Source: Octopus bimaculoides
Lineage: Eukaryota
Direction: 5' to 3'
Assembly: GCF_001194135.2 (NCBI RefSeq)
Contig: NC_068984.1
Location: forward strand, 110,751,763 to 110,785,332
Length of the DNA stretch: 33,570 bases
The notes under the pieces: generated by a model
The model's input: the letters and a program-made list of their open reading frames with translations, nothing else
Told to the model about the DNA's origin: nothing
Databases searched by the model: none
Part shown: in pieces, positions 33,311 through 33,570 of the stretch
How positions within the stretch are numbered: the first letter of the stretch is position 1
Layout: each line of letters opens with the position of its first letter
Position numbers and translations under genes: made by a program

Positions 33311-33570
33311 TGCTCAGTATGTAGAAAAGGAGTAGGTAGTAACTCTATAAGATGTACCCGGTGCAAGTTATGGACACATAAGAGGTGCAGCAACATCAAA
33401 GGCAGGTTAACTAGCAAGTTAGTTTTTGTTTGTGGCAGATGTTCAGGTGCAATAAAGACTGTAAACAAACAGGAAACAACTTCTATCTCATTCCAGGGTG
33501 AAAAACTAGAGTTAGTCGATAGCTTCCGCTATCTGGGCGACCAAGTTAGTAGTGGGGTGGGTGCGCTGAA
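33311..33570 (+). pseudogene. RTE-clade LINE ORF fragment: PHD-type zinc finger followed by RT motif 7 (runs off the window)
   Basis: CSVCRKGVGSNSIRCTRCKLWTHKRCSNIKGRLTSKLVFVCGRCSGAIKTVNKQETTSISFQGEKLELVDSFRYLGDQVSSG. A probable 1-nt deletion near 33555 would otherwise give the RTE-typical SSGGGCAE. Confidence 0.85.

Overview
Repeat-dense, AT-rich eukaryotic DNA with about 2.4 kb of N gaps. The SINE, LINE and microsatellite content looks like an octopus/coleoid cephalopod draft assembly; this is an inference from recalled repeat families and was not checked against a database. I find no complete host protein-coding gene. Nearly all ORFs in the supplied track are translated microsatellites or gaps. 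The real coding signal is all transposon-derived and mostly degraded: two distinct mariner transposases (20775-21793 + and 27303-28305 -), four fragments of restriction-like-endonuclease (R4/Dong-type) LINEs clustered at 14.5-18.9 kb, a Penelope-like 3' fragment with a GIY-YIG C-terminus and a hammerhead-ribozyme remnant, and an RTE LINE fragment with a PHD finger inside its RT domain at the right edge. These sit among about 20 tRNA-derived SINE copies from at least 4 families, RTE-type 3' tails, two non-autonomous Helitron-like elements and a mariner MITE. The most interesting structures are the two hammerhead-like retroelement termini, one of them in a TSD-flanked inverted-repeat insertion, the PHD-in-RT LINE, the TAA-associated RLE-LINE cluster and one unexplained exon-like segment (17552-17654). 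I see no evidence for a new multi-gene system.
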